A stretch of 64,000 nucleotides of DNA from Candidatus Oxydemutator sp. (GCA_965203445.1 OZ241883.1:320001-384000); one strand, 5' to 3'. Counted from the first letter of the stretch, positions 15,520-25,984 are shown. Program-made: numbers and translations. The notes: generated by a model from the letters alone, not told the origin.

Positions 15520-16542
15520 CTATTTGACGCCGTACGAGGCTTCCAGTTCCTTTATCATCAAGTCCGCCTGCTGCGGTTCTTTGGAGTGGCGGCCGGCCGC
15601 GGCAACCGCTTTTCTCGCTATTTCCACCGATAGCTTCTCCTTGTCTATGCCGATGTATTTTCGGCCCTCGTTCAAGGCCGCCACGGCCGTCGTGCCGCTG
15701 CCCACGAAGCAGTCGAGAACGACGTCCCCGGTTCGGGTGAACAGGCGTATCGCCCGTCTCGGCAGCTCGACCGGAAATTGGGAATCATGGTCGGCGTTGC
15801 TGCGCACCGACGGCACGTTCCAGACGCCGCGCGAACCCCAATCAACCCATTCTTCCCTGGTCAGTCTCGAGCGATCAATTTTTGTTATTCCCGGCTTCCA
15901 GAAAATGTAGAGATATTCGAACTCGTCCACCGAACGATACGAGATGGTGTGCCACCGCGAGTTTTCCCAGGCCGCGTCCTTTACCCACACCCGGCGATCG
16001 TACAGATAAAAACCCGCCTTTGCCGCCGCCGCCTCTACCAGACCGCCGGCCAGAAACACCCTGGTCTGCGGCTGGTATTTCCCGCCCCTGACGTTGTTGC
16101 CGTTGAGCCTGCGATCTATCGTCTGCTCGCTGCACCCGAAGTGTTCCGCAAGCCTGTATCTGTTCCAGTCCGGATGTTTTTTCTTCACCGCCAGGACGTC
16201 CTCCCGGGACAGGTTTATTCTCCTTCGAGACACGTTCTCGGCCATGATTTTCGGCATGGTCTCGTCCTTGAAGCAGAGAACGTCGGCGATGTTCACGGCC
16301 AGAAAACCGCCGGGTTTGACGATGGGGTAATGCAAAGATATGACGTCTCTCAACAACGCTTTCCAGCATGCAAAAGACAGATCCTTCTCGTATTCCTTGC
16401 CCACGAAATAAGGCGGCGACCATATGCTCAGGGCAATGGATTCCGGCGCAATTCTTTTCAGGAAATGCCTCGCGTCGCCGTGATAGACGTTGTTCGGCGC
16501 AAGCGGGCGGCGCAGATTGATTACCGCCACGTTCCGGTGCAC
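15520..16542 (-). CDS. Orphan N4-cytosine DNA methyltransferase (beta class, M.BglI-like, internal HTH-like insert)
   Basis: SIWSPPY catalytic motif precedes the DCFVGSGTT SAM-binding motif; insert RYRLAEHFGCSEQTIDRRLNGNNVRGGKY resembles M.BglI from memory; start may be 16530; no REase adjacent. Confidence 0.85.
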   Translation of the reverse strand: MHRNVAVINLRRPLAPNNVYHGDARHFLKRIAPESIALSIWSPPYFVGKEYEKDLSFACWKALLRDVISLHYPIVKPGGFLAVNIADVLCFKDETMPKIMAENVSRRRINLSREDVLAVKKKHPDWNRYRLAEHFGCSEQTIDRRLNGNNVRGGKYQPQTRVFLAGGLVEAAAAKAGFYLYDRRVWVKDAAWENSRWHTISYRSVDEFEYLYIFWKPGITKIDRSRLTREEWVDWGSRGVWNVPSVRSNADHDSQFPVELPRRAIRLFTRTGDVVLDCFVGSGTTAVAALNEGRKYIGIDKEKLSVEIARKAVAAAGRHSKEPQQADLMIKELEASYGVK

Positions 16543-16620
16543 TCCCGCTTTTCCCGGTCATAGGCGATGGTTTGCGTTTTCACTTGTAGACCAACCACCC
16601 CGTGGTGCCCACGTCGGTTT

Positions 16621-17199
16621 CTACACTCCCTTTACCAGCAGGAAGTATTCGACGGCGCCGGCGCGCGCCTGGCGTACGCTTTGCCAGGCGCGCGGCGGCG
16701 CAAAAGTGCCGGCGGCGGATTCGACGTACACCAGCGCATCCGGGCGGATCAGTTCGGGCCGTTCGTGCAGGCGCTCGCAGGTTTGCGCAAGCAGGTTCCC
16801 GCAAAACGGCGGGTCGAGGAAAACGACGTCGTAAGGGCCGGCGGCGGTGAACGCCTCGGGACGCGCGAGGAAACTCGCGGCGTCGCAATGGACAACCTCG
16901 AGGCCGTGCGCGCCGAACTCCTCGGCGTGGCGCCTGATCCGCGCGCACACCTCGGCGTTCGCATCGAGCAGCGTGGCGCGCGCGGCACCGCGCGACAGCG
17001 CCTCGAAACCAAGCACGCCGCTGCCGGCGAACAGATCGAGGCAGGCGGCGCCCTCTATCGCCGGTTGCAGCCAGTTGAACAGCGTCTCGCGGGCGCGGTC
17101 GGGGGTCGGGCGCACGGCAGCGCCTGCGACCAACGAGAGCGTGCGCCCGCGCCAGCGCCCGGCGATGATTCGAACCGTGCCCGCGCGCCGTCGCGCCAC
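16621..17199 (-). CDS. rsmD: 16S rRNA m2G966 methyltransferase
   Basis: VRIIAGRWRGR, RPTPDRARETLFNWL, DLFAGSG, FLDPPF. Confidence 0.95.
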   Translation of the reverse strand: MARRRAGTVRIIAGRWRGRTLSLVAGAAVRPTPDRARETLFNWLQPAIEGAACLDLFAGSGVLGFEALSRGAARATLLDANAEVCARIRRHAEEFGAHGLEVVHCDAASFLARPEAFTAAGPYDVVFLDPPFCGNLLAQTCERLHERPELIRPDALVYVESAAGTFAPPRAWQSVRQARAGAVEYFLLVKGV

Positions 17200-17210
17200 C
17201 GGGACGCCCG

Positions 17211-18545
17211 TCAGCCGCCGACGATGACGACGCTGAAATCGCCGCCAATGCGGCGCCGGAAAACATCGGCAATATCGCGCGCCTCGGTGCGCTCGACGTT
17301 TTCTACGAAGGTGTCGAGATAGTCGAGACCGAGACCGAAGAAAGCCATGCGGCTGACCCAGTGGACGATCTGGCCGTTGTCGCTGATACTCAGCGGGAAA
17401 CCGCCGCGCACGTTGTCCTTCGCCAGCGCCAACTCCTCGGCGCTGGGGCCCGTGCGCACAAAGTCGTCAATGACCTTGCGCGTCAACGCAAGGGCGTCAT
17501 CCACCTGATCGCCGCGCGTCTGAAAACCGGCCATGAAAACGCCGCCCGCGAGATGCCGCGAGAGGCCGCTCCAGATGCTGTAGGCGTAGCCGCCCGCAAC
17601 GCGCACCTCTTCGACCAGACGCGATCCGAAACCGCCGCCGCCGAGGATATGGTTGCCGAGATAGAGCGGAAAGAAATCCGCGTCGCCATAGCCGATGCCG
17701 GGCCGTCCGATATAGACGTGGGCCTGCTCCGAGTCGAACGCGATCCGGCGCTCGCGCGGCGCGTTACGGGCGGGCAACGGCGGCAGCGGCGGCGGGCGCG
17801 CGCCTTCGGGCAGCGCCTGCGAGATGCGCGCGGCCAGGTCTTCGGCGCGCGCGCGCGCGACGTCCCCGACTATCGTAATGCCTAAGTTGCGCGCCACCAT
17901 GTGACGGCGGTAGAAAGCGCGCGCGTGCCCGAGCTTGATCGCAACAACGGTGTCGCGCTCGCCGCCGGTCGGGTGCGCGTACGGATGGTCGCCGTAAATC
18001 TCGCGCGCGAAGGCGATGCCGGCGAGCGTGCCCGGGTCCTGCCTGCGCTTGTCTATGCCGGTCAACACCTGCTTGCGCAGCCGCTCGAATTCGGAGCGCG
18101 GAAAATCCGGGCGCGACAGCACCGTCAGGAAAGTATCGAAAGCCGGCTCGAAGTACGCGCGCGCGACCAGCGTGCGCAACGACAGACCGGTCATGTCGCG
18201 GTCGGCCCACGCCGAGTATTGCGCGCCGACGTTGTCGAAGCGCTCGACGATGGTATCGAAGTCGAGGCCGCCGGCGCCGCGGCCCAGCATCTGCGCGGCC
18301 AGGCGCGCCAAGCCGTGCGCGGCGCCGTCGCGCGCGCTGCCGGCGTCGAACGTGAGGCGAATATCCACCATCGGCAGCTGCGGCCGATGCACGTAATAGA
18401 CGCCCGCACCCCGCGCGGTCGTCCAGTGCTCGATCTCGACCGCACCGGCCGCCGGCGCCGGCGGCACGAGCGTCGCCCAAACCGCCCAAACCGCCAAGCG
18501 CGGCAGGCGCACCGAGCGCGGCAGGCGCGTCGGCGGACGTTTCAC
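17211..18545 (-). CDS. M16 family peptidase, non-catalytic subunit
   Basis: LPMVDIRLTFDAGSARD, YGDHPYAHP, LGGGGFGSRL; lacks HXXEH. Confidence 0.9.
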   Translation of the reverse strand: MKRPPTRLPRSVRLPRLAVWAVWATLVPPAPAAGAVEIEHWTTARGAGVYYVHRPQLPMVDIRLTFDAGSARDGAAHGLARLAAQMLGRGAGGLDFDTIVERFDNVGAQYSAWADRDMTGLSLRTLVARAYFEPAFDTFLTVLSRPDFPRSEFERLRKQVLTGIDKRRQDPGTLAGIAFAREIYGDHPYAHPTGGERDTVVAIKLGHARAFYRRHMVARNLGITIVGDVARARAEDLAARISQALPEGARPPPLPPLPARNAPRERRIAFDSEQAHVYIGRPGIGYGDADFFPLYLGNHILGGGGFGSRLVEEVRVAGGYAYSIWSGLSRHLAGGVFMAGFQTRGDQVDDALALTRKVIDDFVRTGPSAEELALAKDNVRGGFPLSISDNGQIVHWVSRMAFFGLGLDYLDTFVENVERTEARDIADVFRRRIGGDFSVVIVGG

Positions 18546-19924
18546 GGGCGCTCCACGCCCTGCGGTTCCAGCACCGCGACGGTGCGCCGGTCGGGCGACA
18601 GGTAGCGCTTTGCGACCTCGAGCACCTGCTTTGGCGTGACCGCTTCGATGCGTTCGCGGTAGCGGAACAACTCGCGCCAGCCGATGCCGATTGTCTCGAG
18701 GCTGCCGAGCAGATACGCCTGGTGGCTCAGCGAATCGCGCCGGTACACTTCGTGCGCGACCAGCCGCGCCTTGACGGCGACGAGTTCGTCGTCGTGGACG
18801 GGTTCATCGCGCAGCGCGGCGATCTCGCGCGCAAGCGCCTGCTCCAGAGTATCCATCGCGACGCCTTTGACCGGCGCCGCGCTGACGGTGAACAGATCGT
18901 CGTAGCGGGTGTACGGGTTGTAGCCGGTGCCCGCGTGCTGGGCTATCGCCTCGCCGCGCACCAGGCGTTTGGCGAAGCGCGAAGTGCCGCCGCCGCCAAG
19001 CACCGCCGACAGCACCGACAGCGCGTACGGGTGCCACTCGACCGGAGTCCGGCCGACGCGCGGCACGCGATAGCCCATCGCCAGGTAGGGCTGCACCGCG
19101 CGCGCCGCGACCGTAACGCGCCGCTCGCCGCGCTGCGGCGGTTCGTTTCTCGACTTGCGCGCCGGCAGCGCGCGCGCCGCTATCGGCCCGAAATAGCGTT
19201 GCGCCAATTCGCGCACCCGCACCGGATCAACGTCGCCCGCGACGACGTATACGGCGTTATTCGGCGCGTACCAGCGCGCGTACCAATCCCGCAAATCGGC
19301 AAGCGACAACTGCTCGACGTCCTTCATCCAGCCGACGATCGGGTTGCGGTACGGCGCGTTGTTGAACGCCGTCGCGTAGAGTTGCTCGCCCACCAGCGCC
19401 TCGGGGCGGTCGTCCACGCGCCAGCGCCGCTCCTCTTTGACGACCTCGCGCTCCTTTTCCAGATCCTCCTCGCGCAGAATCAGATTGACCATGCGGTCGG
19501 ACTCGAGCTCGAAACTGACCGGCAGCCGCGCCTTCTCGAAGTGCTGGTAATACGCGGTGTAGTCAGAACCGGTGAAGGCGTTGTCGCGCCCGCCGTAGCG
19601 CTTGATCGTACGCGTGAACTCCGTGCGCGGATATTTCTCGGTGCCCTTGAACATCATGTGTTCGAGCAGATGCGAGATACCGGTGACGCCGCCGTATTCG
19701 TCGCCGCCGCCGACGCGATACCAGATCTGCGCGACGACTATCGGGGCGCGGCGGTCCTGCTGCACCAACACCTTCATGCCGTTGTCGAGCGTGAACTCGG
19801 TCACGCCGTGCTCGGGCGCGGGCAACACCGCGCCGTCGTGCGCCGGCGGCTGCGCGCAGCCCGCCGCCAGCGCGACGACGAACGTCGCAAGCCCTCGCCC
19901 AAAAACGTTTCGCGGCGGCATCAT
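18542..19924 (-). CDS. M16 (pitrilysin-family) zinc peptidase, probable lipoprotein
   Basis: GISHLLEHMMFKGT (HXXEH), NAFT, EREVVKEERR; lipobox-like LAAGC. Confidence 0.93.
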   Translation of the reverse strand: MMPPRNVFGRGLATFVVALAAGCAQPPAHDGAVLPAPEHGVTEFTLDNGMKVLVQQDRRAPIVVAQIWYRVGGGDEYGGVTGISHLLEHMMFKGTEKYPRTEFTRTIKRYGGRDNAFTGSDYTAYYQHFEKARLPVSFELESDRMVNLILREEDLEKEREVVKEERRWRVDDRPEALVGEQLYATAFNNAPYRNPIVGWMKDVEQLSLADLRDWYARWYAPNNAVYVVAGDVDPVRVRELAQRYFGPIAARALPARKSRNEPPQRGERRVTVAARAVQPYLAMGYRVPRVGRTPVEWHPYALSVLSAVLGGGGTSRFAKRLVRGEAIAQHAGTGYNPYTRYDDLFTVSAAPVKGVAMDTLEQALAREIAALRDEPVHDDELVAVKARLVAHEVYRRDSLSHQAYLLGSLETIGIGWRELFRYRERIEAVTPKQVLEVAKRYLSPDRRTVAVLEPQGVERP

Positions 19925-20007
19925 GGCGAGGGATTATATACGCAAGGAATCACAAGGGGCGCGGGAACGACGGGGTGGGCAGGGACGGGCGAGTCTATAA
20001 TCCGTCC

Positions 20008-20943
20008 ATGTTGTTTGGGCAACTGAAGCAACGCTTCGCCAAAACCAGCACGCGCCTGACCGGCGAACTCGCGGCGCTGTTTCGGCGCGGCGACGACGCG
20101 CGTTTCTACGACGAGCTGGAGACGCGGCTGCTTGCCGCCGACGTCGGCGCCGCCGCGAGTCTCGCGCTGATGGACAAGCTGAAGGGCCGTGCAAAACGGG
20201 GCGGCGCCGACGACCTCGACGCATTGCTCGCGATGCTGCGCGACGAGATCGCCGCGATCCTGAAACCGTGCGAGACGGCGAACGGCGAAATGCCCGCGCC
20301 GCGGCCCGACGGCGCGCCTTTTGTCATCATGGCCGTCGGCGTCAACGGCGTCGGCAAGACGACGACCTTGGGCAAGCTGGGACACCGATACAAAACGCGG
20401 GGATGGTCGGTTACGTTCGCCGCCGGCGACACGTTCCGCGCCGCGGCCATCGAGCAGTTGCAGGAGTGGGGGCGACGCTGCGGCGCCTCGGTCGTGGCGC
20501 AACGCCCGGGCGCGGACGGCGCCGCGGTGTTGTTCGACGCGATGGCGTCGGCGCGCGCAAAAGGCGCCGACGTGCTGCTCGCCGACACCGCCGGGCGGCT
20601 GCATACCGACCGCAACCTGATGCAGGAATTGCAAAAGGCGAAACGCGCCGTCGCGCGGCACGACGAGAGCGCGCCGCACGAGACGCTGTTGGTGGTGGAC
20701 GGCGGCGCCGGCCAGAACGTGCTCGCGCAAGCGAGAGCCTTCCACGACGCGCTCGGCATAACCGGGCTCGCTGTGACCAAGCTCGACGGCACCGCGAAAG
20801 GCGGCGTGCTGGTGGCGATGGCCGCCGAACTCGCGCTGCCGATCCGCTTTATCGGCGTCGGCGAAGCGCCCGCGGATCTGCGGCCGTTTCGCGCGCGCGA
20901 ATACGCCGGCGCCCTGCTCGGCATAGACGACGAGGCGCCGTGA
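20008..20943 (+). CDS. ftsY: Signal recognition particle receptor FtsY (short form, no acidic domain)
   Basis: GVNGVGKTTT, DTFRAAA, DTAGRL, TKLDGTAKGG, GVGE; ATG 20008 follows TATAAT by 6 nt. Confidence 0.95.
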   Translation: MLFGQLKQRFAKTSTRLTGELAALFRRGDDARFYDELETRLLAADVGAAASLALMDKLKGRAKRGGADDLDALLAMLRDEIAAILKPCETANGEMPAPRPDGAPFVIMAVGVNGVGKTTTLGKLGHRYKTRGWSVTFAAGDTFRAAAIEQLQEWGRRCGASVVAQRPGADGAAVLFDAMASARAKGADVLLADTAGRLHTDRNLMQELQKAKRAVARHDESAPHETLLVVDGGAGQNVLAQARAFHDALGITGLAVTKLDGTAKGGVLVAMAAELALPIRFIGVGEAPADLRPFRAREYAGALLGIDDEAP

Positions 20944-21012
20944 TCGCGCGGCACGGGCAAGAACCGCGGCCACACCGCCGCCGTTTTTCGGCGCGGCTAT
21001 AATACACGCGCG

Positions 21013-21561
21013 ATGTTGCCCACCACGTTCAAATCTCACCAAAAATGGGGCGTGCCGACCGCCGTGGCCACTGCCGCAACGTTGGCCATGGCGACGTGCG
21101 CGGCGGCGCCCGGCGCGTCTCCGGCCGCAACCACGCCGCCGCTGCGGGCGGACACCGTCTGGATACAGAAGAACGAACGCAAACTGCATCTGATAAGCAA
21201 CCGCAAAATCCTGCGCACCTTTCCGATCAGCCTCGGCCGGAATCCGCGCGGACACAAACGGCGCGAGGGCGATTCACGCACGCCCGAAGGGTTGTACACC
21301 ATCGCCAGGCGCAAGCACGTCAGCGCATACTACCGCGCGCTCGAAATCTCCTATCCCAGCGAAATAGACCTGCGTCTGGCGGCGGCAAGAGGCGTCCCAC
21401 CCGGCGGCCAAATCATGATACACGGCGAGCCGGACGACCCGCTGAAAAAAATCGCGCTGAAAAAAGACTGGACGCAGGGCTGCATCGCGCTCGCAAACCG
21501 GCATATGCGCATCGTGTGGGAAGCGACGCCGGCCGGCGCGCGCGTCGTGATCGAACCTTGA
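21013..21561 (+). CDS. L,D-transpeptidase family protein (YkuD)
   Basis: GHKRREGDSRTPEG, IMIHG..DWTQGCIAL; signal-like N-terminus. Confidence 0.88.
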   Translation: MLPTTFKSHQKWGVPTAVATAATLAMATCAAAPGASPAATTPPLRADTVWIQKNERKLHLISNRKILRTFPISLGRNPRGHKRREGDSRTPEGLYTIARRKHVSAYYRALEISYPSEIDLRLAAARGVPPGGQIMIHGEPDDPLKKIALKKDWTQGCIALANRHMRIVWEATPAGARVVIEP

Positions 21562-21635
21562 CGTGATGCATCCGGGACGATGAAGACGCCGCGCCGGGAA
21601 CCGTCGCGCGCATAGCGCGGCGCGCCACGACGACG

Positions 21636-22004
21636 ATGTCGCCGAAGGAATGGCCCTGGAACAAGGCGGGCGCCTGGCTGACGCGGCCGATGGCCGCCGA
21701 CGTGCCGTCACCGAACGACTTTGACTGCGTCCTGGACGGCATCCGCCCGGCCGACGTGCCGTTGATCGAGGGGCGCACGCGCATCGGCGAGATCATCAAG
21801 TGCCCGCTGCCGCGCGACGACGGCACCGGCTTTTGCCACGCGCTGCCGTGGCAGGACGACGACGCGCACGAACCGTCCCGGCGCTATCTCGACGACCCCG
21901 ACGCATTGCGCATAGCAAAACCGCGCGAACCGGAAACGAACGCAGGCACGAGTGGCGGCGCGACGCGGACGCGACAAACGGGCGACGGCGCCGGCGCGAC
22001 GTGA
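21636..22004 (+). CDS. Hypothetical protein
   Basis: 122-aa ORF filling the gap; its TGA overlaps the fadE GTG (GTGA); no recognised motif. Confidence 0.4.
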   Translation: MSPKEWPWNKAGAWLTRPMAADVPSPNDFDCVLDGIRPADVPLIEGRTRIGEIIKCPLPRDDGTGFCHALPWQDDDAHEPSRRYLDDPDALRIAKPREPETNAGTSGGATRTRQTGDGAGAT

Positions 22005-24466
22005 TCATCGAGACCGCGGTGCAACTGGCGTGGCTGGCGGCGCTCGTGCTGGCGACGACGACGGTATTCTGCTTCCGTCAGCCGCGCTTGGCGCGCATCG
22101 CAAGCATAGGCGCGCTGCTGCTCGCGTACAGCGTGCTGTCGCCGGCGCCGGTCTGGTTGCAAGCCGTCTTGTGGGTGGCGTTCGCGGCCGCGGCCGTCGT
22201 CATCGGCCACACCGGGCTGCGCCGTGAATTACTGAGCCGTATGCTGCTGCGCCTTTTCCGCAAGGCGCTGCCGGAAACGTCGGCGAGCGAACGCGACGCG
22301 ATTGCCGCGGGCAGCGTGTCGTGGGAAGGAGAGTTGTTCACCGGCAATCCCGACTGGACGAAACTGATGGGGCAGGAAGCGGCCGCGCTGTCCACCGAGG
22401 AGGCCGCCTTCCTCGACGGCCCGGTGCACGAGCTGTGCGAAATGCTCGACGACTGGCGCATCACGGACACCGAGCGCGACCTGCCACGGGCGGCCTGGGA
22501 GTTCATCCGCGAGCACAAATTCTTCGGCGTCATTATTCCGAAAGAGCACGGCGGTCTCGGCTTTTCGGCCTACGCCCACTCGTGCATCGTGATGAAGATC
22601 GCAAGCCGTTCGGTGGCGGCGGCGGTTACGGTGATGGTGCCGAACTCACTCGGGCCCGGCAAACTGCTGCTCGAATACGGCACCGAAAAACAGCAACAAC
22701 GCTATCTGCCGCGCTTGGCCGACGGCCGTGAAATACCGTGCTTCGCGCTGACCGGGCCGCAGGCCGGCTCGGACGCAAGCCGCATACCCGACACGGGCGT
22801 CGTCTGCCGCGACACGTTCGAGGGCCAGGAAGTAACCGGCATCCGCCTGAATTGGGACAAGCGCTACATCACGCTCGCGCCGGTCGCAACGTTGCTGGGT
22901 CTTGCCTTTCGCCTGCAAGATCCGAAACGCCTGCTGGGCGGCGACGAAGACGTGGGAATCACGCTGGCGCTGATTCCGACCGCCACCGCGGGCGTCGAAA
23001 TCGGCGCCCGCCACCTGCCGCTCAACGTCGCGTTCATGAACGGACCGACGCGCGGACGCGACGTGTTCATCCCGCTCGACTGGATCATCGGCGGCGCCGA
23101 ACAAGCCGGCAACGGCTGGCGCATGTTGATGGAATGTCTGGCCGACGGGCGCGCGATCTCCCTGCCGGCGCTGGCCACGGCCGCGTGCAAGACCGCCTGC
23201 TGCGCGACCGGCGCCTACGCGCGCATACGCAACCAGTTCCGGCTGCCGATCGGCGAATTCGAGGGCGTCGCCGAGGCCGTGGCGCGCATCGCCGGCAACG
23301 CCTACCTGGCCGACGCCGCGCGCAGCGTCATCGCCGAGGCGCTGCAACGAGGACACAAGCCGGCGGTCGCCTCGGCCATCGTCAAATACCATCTGACCGA
23401 AAGGATGCGGCGCACGGTCAACGACGCGATGGACGTGCACGGCGGTTGTGGCATCTGCGTCGGCCCGCGCAACCACGTGGCGCGCCTTTACCAGGCGGCG
23501 CCGATCGCGATCACCGTCGAGGGCGCCAACATTGTGACGCGCAGCATGATCATATTCGGCCAGGGCGCGATCCGCTGCCACCCGTGGTTGCGCAAGGAGA
23601 TGGAGGCGGCGGCGAGCGGCGACGACGACGCGCTCGAACGCTTCGACGAAGCATTCTGGGACCACCTGTCGCAGACGGCGACCAACGCCGGGCGCTGCCT
23701 GGTATGGGGGATACTCGGACGCTGGCCGATTCGCGTTCCGTCGGGCCTGCACCCGGCGCGCCACTTCCGCGCGCTGACGCGGATGGCGGCGCTGTTCTCG
23801 CTGGCCGGCGACCTCTCGCTGTTTCGCCTGAACCACTCGCTGAAGCGGCGCGAGCATCTGTCGGCGCGCCTGGGCGACATGCTGAGCCACCTGTACCTGG
23901 CGTCGGCGGCGCTCAAGCATTTCGACAACCGCGACCGGCCCTACCACGAACGGCCGCTGCTCGACTGGACGATGCACGAGTGCACGCGCTGCTTTCACCG
24001 CGCGTTGCAGGATCTGATCGACAATTTCCCGTGCCGCTGGAGCGCGCTGAAACTGCGGCTGCTGGCGTATCCGCTAGGACGGCGCTCGTTGTCCGGCAAC
24101 GACAAGCTCGACGACGAGGTCGCGCGCCTCGCGTGCGAACCGCTGCCGGCGCGCGACGCGCTGCTCGAGGGCATCTTCCTGCCGGCGGACGCGGGCGACC
24201 CGCTGGCGGCGATCAACGACGCGCTGAACAAGGTCGTCGCCGCCGAGATACCGGAAAAGAAATTGCGCGCAGCGCAGCGTGACGGCGAACTGCCGGACGA
24301 GATCGCGGTTGATCTGCAACGGGCGGTGACCAGAAACATCATCACCGCCGAAGAGGCCGAAACCGTGCGCCGGGCGCGCGTCGCGCGCGACGCGGTCGTG
24401 CAGGTGGACGAATTCGCGCCCGATTTGTCACAGACCCGTGCCCGCTCCGCCGCGCCTTTTGCATAG
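22001..24466 (+). CDS. fadE: Acyl-CoA dehydrogenase FadE (long, membrane-anchored)
   Basis: TVMVPNSLGPG, PCFALTGPQAGSDA, WDKRYITLAP, ITVEGANI; N-terminal TM helices; GTG start at 22001. Confidence 0.93.
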   Translation: MIIETAVQLAWLAALVLATTTVFCFRQPRLARIASIGALLLAYSVLSPAPVWLQAVLWVAFAAAAVVIGHTGLRRELLSRMLLRLFRKALPETSASERDAIAAGSVSWEGELFTGNPDWTKLMGQEAAALSTEEAAFLDGPVHELCEMLDDWRITDTERDLPRAAWEFIREHKFFGVIIPKEHGGLGFSAYAHSCIVMKIASRSVAAAVTVMVPNSLGPGKLLLEYGTEKQQQRYLPRLADGREIPCFALTGPQAGSDASRIPDTGVVCRDTFEGQEVTGIRLNWDKRYITLAPVATLLGLAFRLQDPKRLLGGDEDVGITLALIPTATAGVEIGARHLPLNVAFMNGPTRGRDVFIPLDWIIGGAEQAGNGWRMLMECLADGRAISLPALATAACKTACCATGAYARIRNQFRLPIGEFEGVAEAVARIAGNAYLADAARSVIAEALQRGHKPAVASAIVKYHLTERMRRTVNDAMDVHGGCGICVGPRNHVARLYQAAPIAITVEGANIVTRSMIIFGQGAIRCHPWLRKEMEAAASGDDDALERFDEAFWDHLSQTATNAGRCLVWGILGRWPIRVPSGLHPARHFRALTRMAALFSLAGDLSLFRLNHSLKRREHLSARLGDMLSHLYLASAALKHFDNRDRPYHERPLLDWTMHECTRCFHRALQDLIDNFPCRWSALKLRLLAYPLGRRSLSGNDKLDDEVARLACEPLPARDALLEGIFLPADAGDPLAAINDALNKVVAAEIPEKKLRAAQRDGELPDEIAVDLQRAVTRNIITAEEAETVRRARVARDAVVQVDEFAPDLSQTRARSAAPFA

Positions 24467-25118
24467 TTTCGTCGCCGTCACCGCCGTCGTCGCCGGCATC
24501 GTGTGGGTCGCGGCCGCGGCCGCGGGCGACGACGGCGCGCTTCCCGATTACTTTACGGTGCGCCCCCTGTTCTGGTCGCAACTATACGCCGACGGCGGCG
24601 AGACGCTGTATTGCGGCGTGCCGATTACCCGCCGCAAGTCGCCGAGACTGAACGTCGAGCACGTATTCCCGATGTCGTGGGTGGCACGCGCCGTCGGTTG
24701 CGGCAGACGCCGGGCGTGCCGCAAGCACAGCGCGCGCTTCAATCGCATCGAGGCCGACCTGCACAATCTTTATCCGGCGCGCGCCGACGTCAACCAGGAA
24801 CGCGGCAGCATGGCGTTCGGCATCGTGCGCGGGGAACGGCGGCGCTACGGCAAGTGCGACTTTGAGGTTCACCACGGCGCGCGCGTCGTCGAACCGCGTC
24901 CCGAGGCGCGCGGCAAGATCGCGCGCGCGATGTTCTACGTGGCGAACCGCTACCATTTGCAAATCTTCCCCCGCCAACGGCGCCTGCTGCGACGGTGGAA
25001 CCGCGCGCACCCGCCCGACGCCGAGGAAAGGCGGCGCAACGACGCAATCGAACGCATGCAAGGCAACCGCAACCCCTATATAGACGATCCCGCGCTCGCC
25101 GACGCGCCGAGGCGATAG
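24438..25118 (+). CDS. Secreted endonuclease I family (EndA/Dns) nuclease
   Basis: NVEHVFP, EADLHNLYPA, VNQERGS, RGKIARAMFY, QGNRNPYI. Confidence 0.9.
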   Translation: MPAPPRLLHSFVAVTAVVAGIVWVAAAAAGDDGALPDYFTVRPLFWSQLYADGGETLYCGVPITRRKSPRLNVEHVFPMSWVARAVGCGRRRACRKHSARFNRIEADLHNLYPARADVNQERGSMAFGIVRGERRRYGKCDFEVHHGARVVEPRPEARGKIARAMFYVANRYHLQIFPRQRRLLRRWNRAHPPDAEERRRNDAIERMQGNRNPYIDDPALADAPRR

Positions 25119-25235
25119 CCCGTGCAGCCGTGCACGTGTTCATCAATTTCTCCGTCCCCCGGTTCCGTCCAGGGGGCGCGGGAAGAACGGAAGAGAACGT
25201 GGGCAGGACGAGGGGGGGCAGATTGCAGTACCTTG

Positions 25236-25670
25236 CTATGGGCAAATTTCCCGCGGCTTCAAGGGCTCAAGCCCAAGCTGCTTCCTGACGGTATTGTGTC
25301 TATATTCCAAAATCACACATCTTTCAAGATGCTCGATCCGTTTCTCGATCTGTGCCTCCTTTCTGCTTCCTATCCCTATCTGTGTCCCAGAATAGATAGA
25401 AAGGAAGAATACAGCCATCGCAACGTTCAATATAATGCCTAAGCCATGGGCCTCCAACTGCGAGAATTTGTAAAACAGCACCATTCCCGCGCCTGACAAA
25501 AGCACCGGAATCGCTGCCGCAAGAACCGCTGCATCACCGCCGCTTTCCCCTATAAGCCACCCGACGACCAACCCAACAATCATAGCCGCCAGCAAGGTTG
25601 TGGCATGGTGGAACAGCCGCTTCATGACATGAGACCATCTTCGGCCGTCTATCGGCCGACCTTCTATCAT
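25236..25670 (-). CDS. Hypothetical membrane protein (~3 TM)
   Basis: Hydrophobic helices; ATG overlaps the upstream TAA (TAATG); lower GC; alternative start 25625. Confidence 0.6.
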   Translation of the reverse strand: MIEGRPIDGRRWSHVMKRLFHHATTLLAAMIVGLVVGWLIGESGGDAAVLAAAIPVLLSGAGMVLFYKFSQLEAHGLGIILNVAMAVFFLSIYSGTQIGIGSRKEAQIEKRIEHLERCVILEYRHNTVRKQLGLEPLKPREICP

Positions 25671-25984
25671 TAGACGTTAATTTTCTTCCCAGTATCGGAA
25701 AGCCAGATTCCTCCCCGCGGCGGCCATCGAAAAATGTTTGTCCATATATCGGAATCATCCGATTCCGCCTCTTCCAAACCTTGCAGATAAGATCTCAACG
25801 GATCCTCTTTGTCTAATTTTTTCCGGCATTTATTCCATGATTCCCCTTTCAATACGCACTTTTGGAAATCCTTTCTATCGTATTCCGATGCGGCATCCGG
25901 CGATGGATCACCGGCGCTTGCCAAGCCGCCGAATCCGAACGCAGCTGCCGACGCCAAGCAGAAAACATACAGTAATTTTTTCAT
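25670..25984 (-). CDS. Small secreted hypothetical protein (104 aa, Cys pair)
   Basis: GGAGG SD before ATG 25984; signal peptide MKKLLYVFCLASAAAFGFGGLASA; CVLKGESWNKC. Confidence 0.7.
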   Translation of the reverse strand: MKKLLYVFCLASAAAFGFGGLASAGDPSPDAASEYDRKDFQKCVLKGESWNKCRKKLDKEDPLRSYLQGLEEAESDDSDIWTNIFRWPPRGGIWLSDTGKKINV

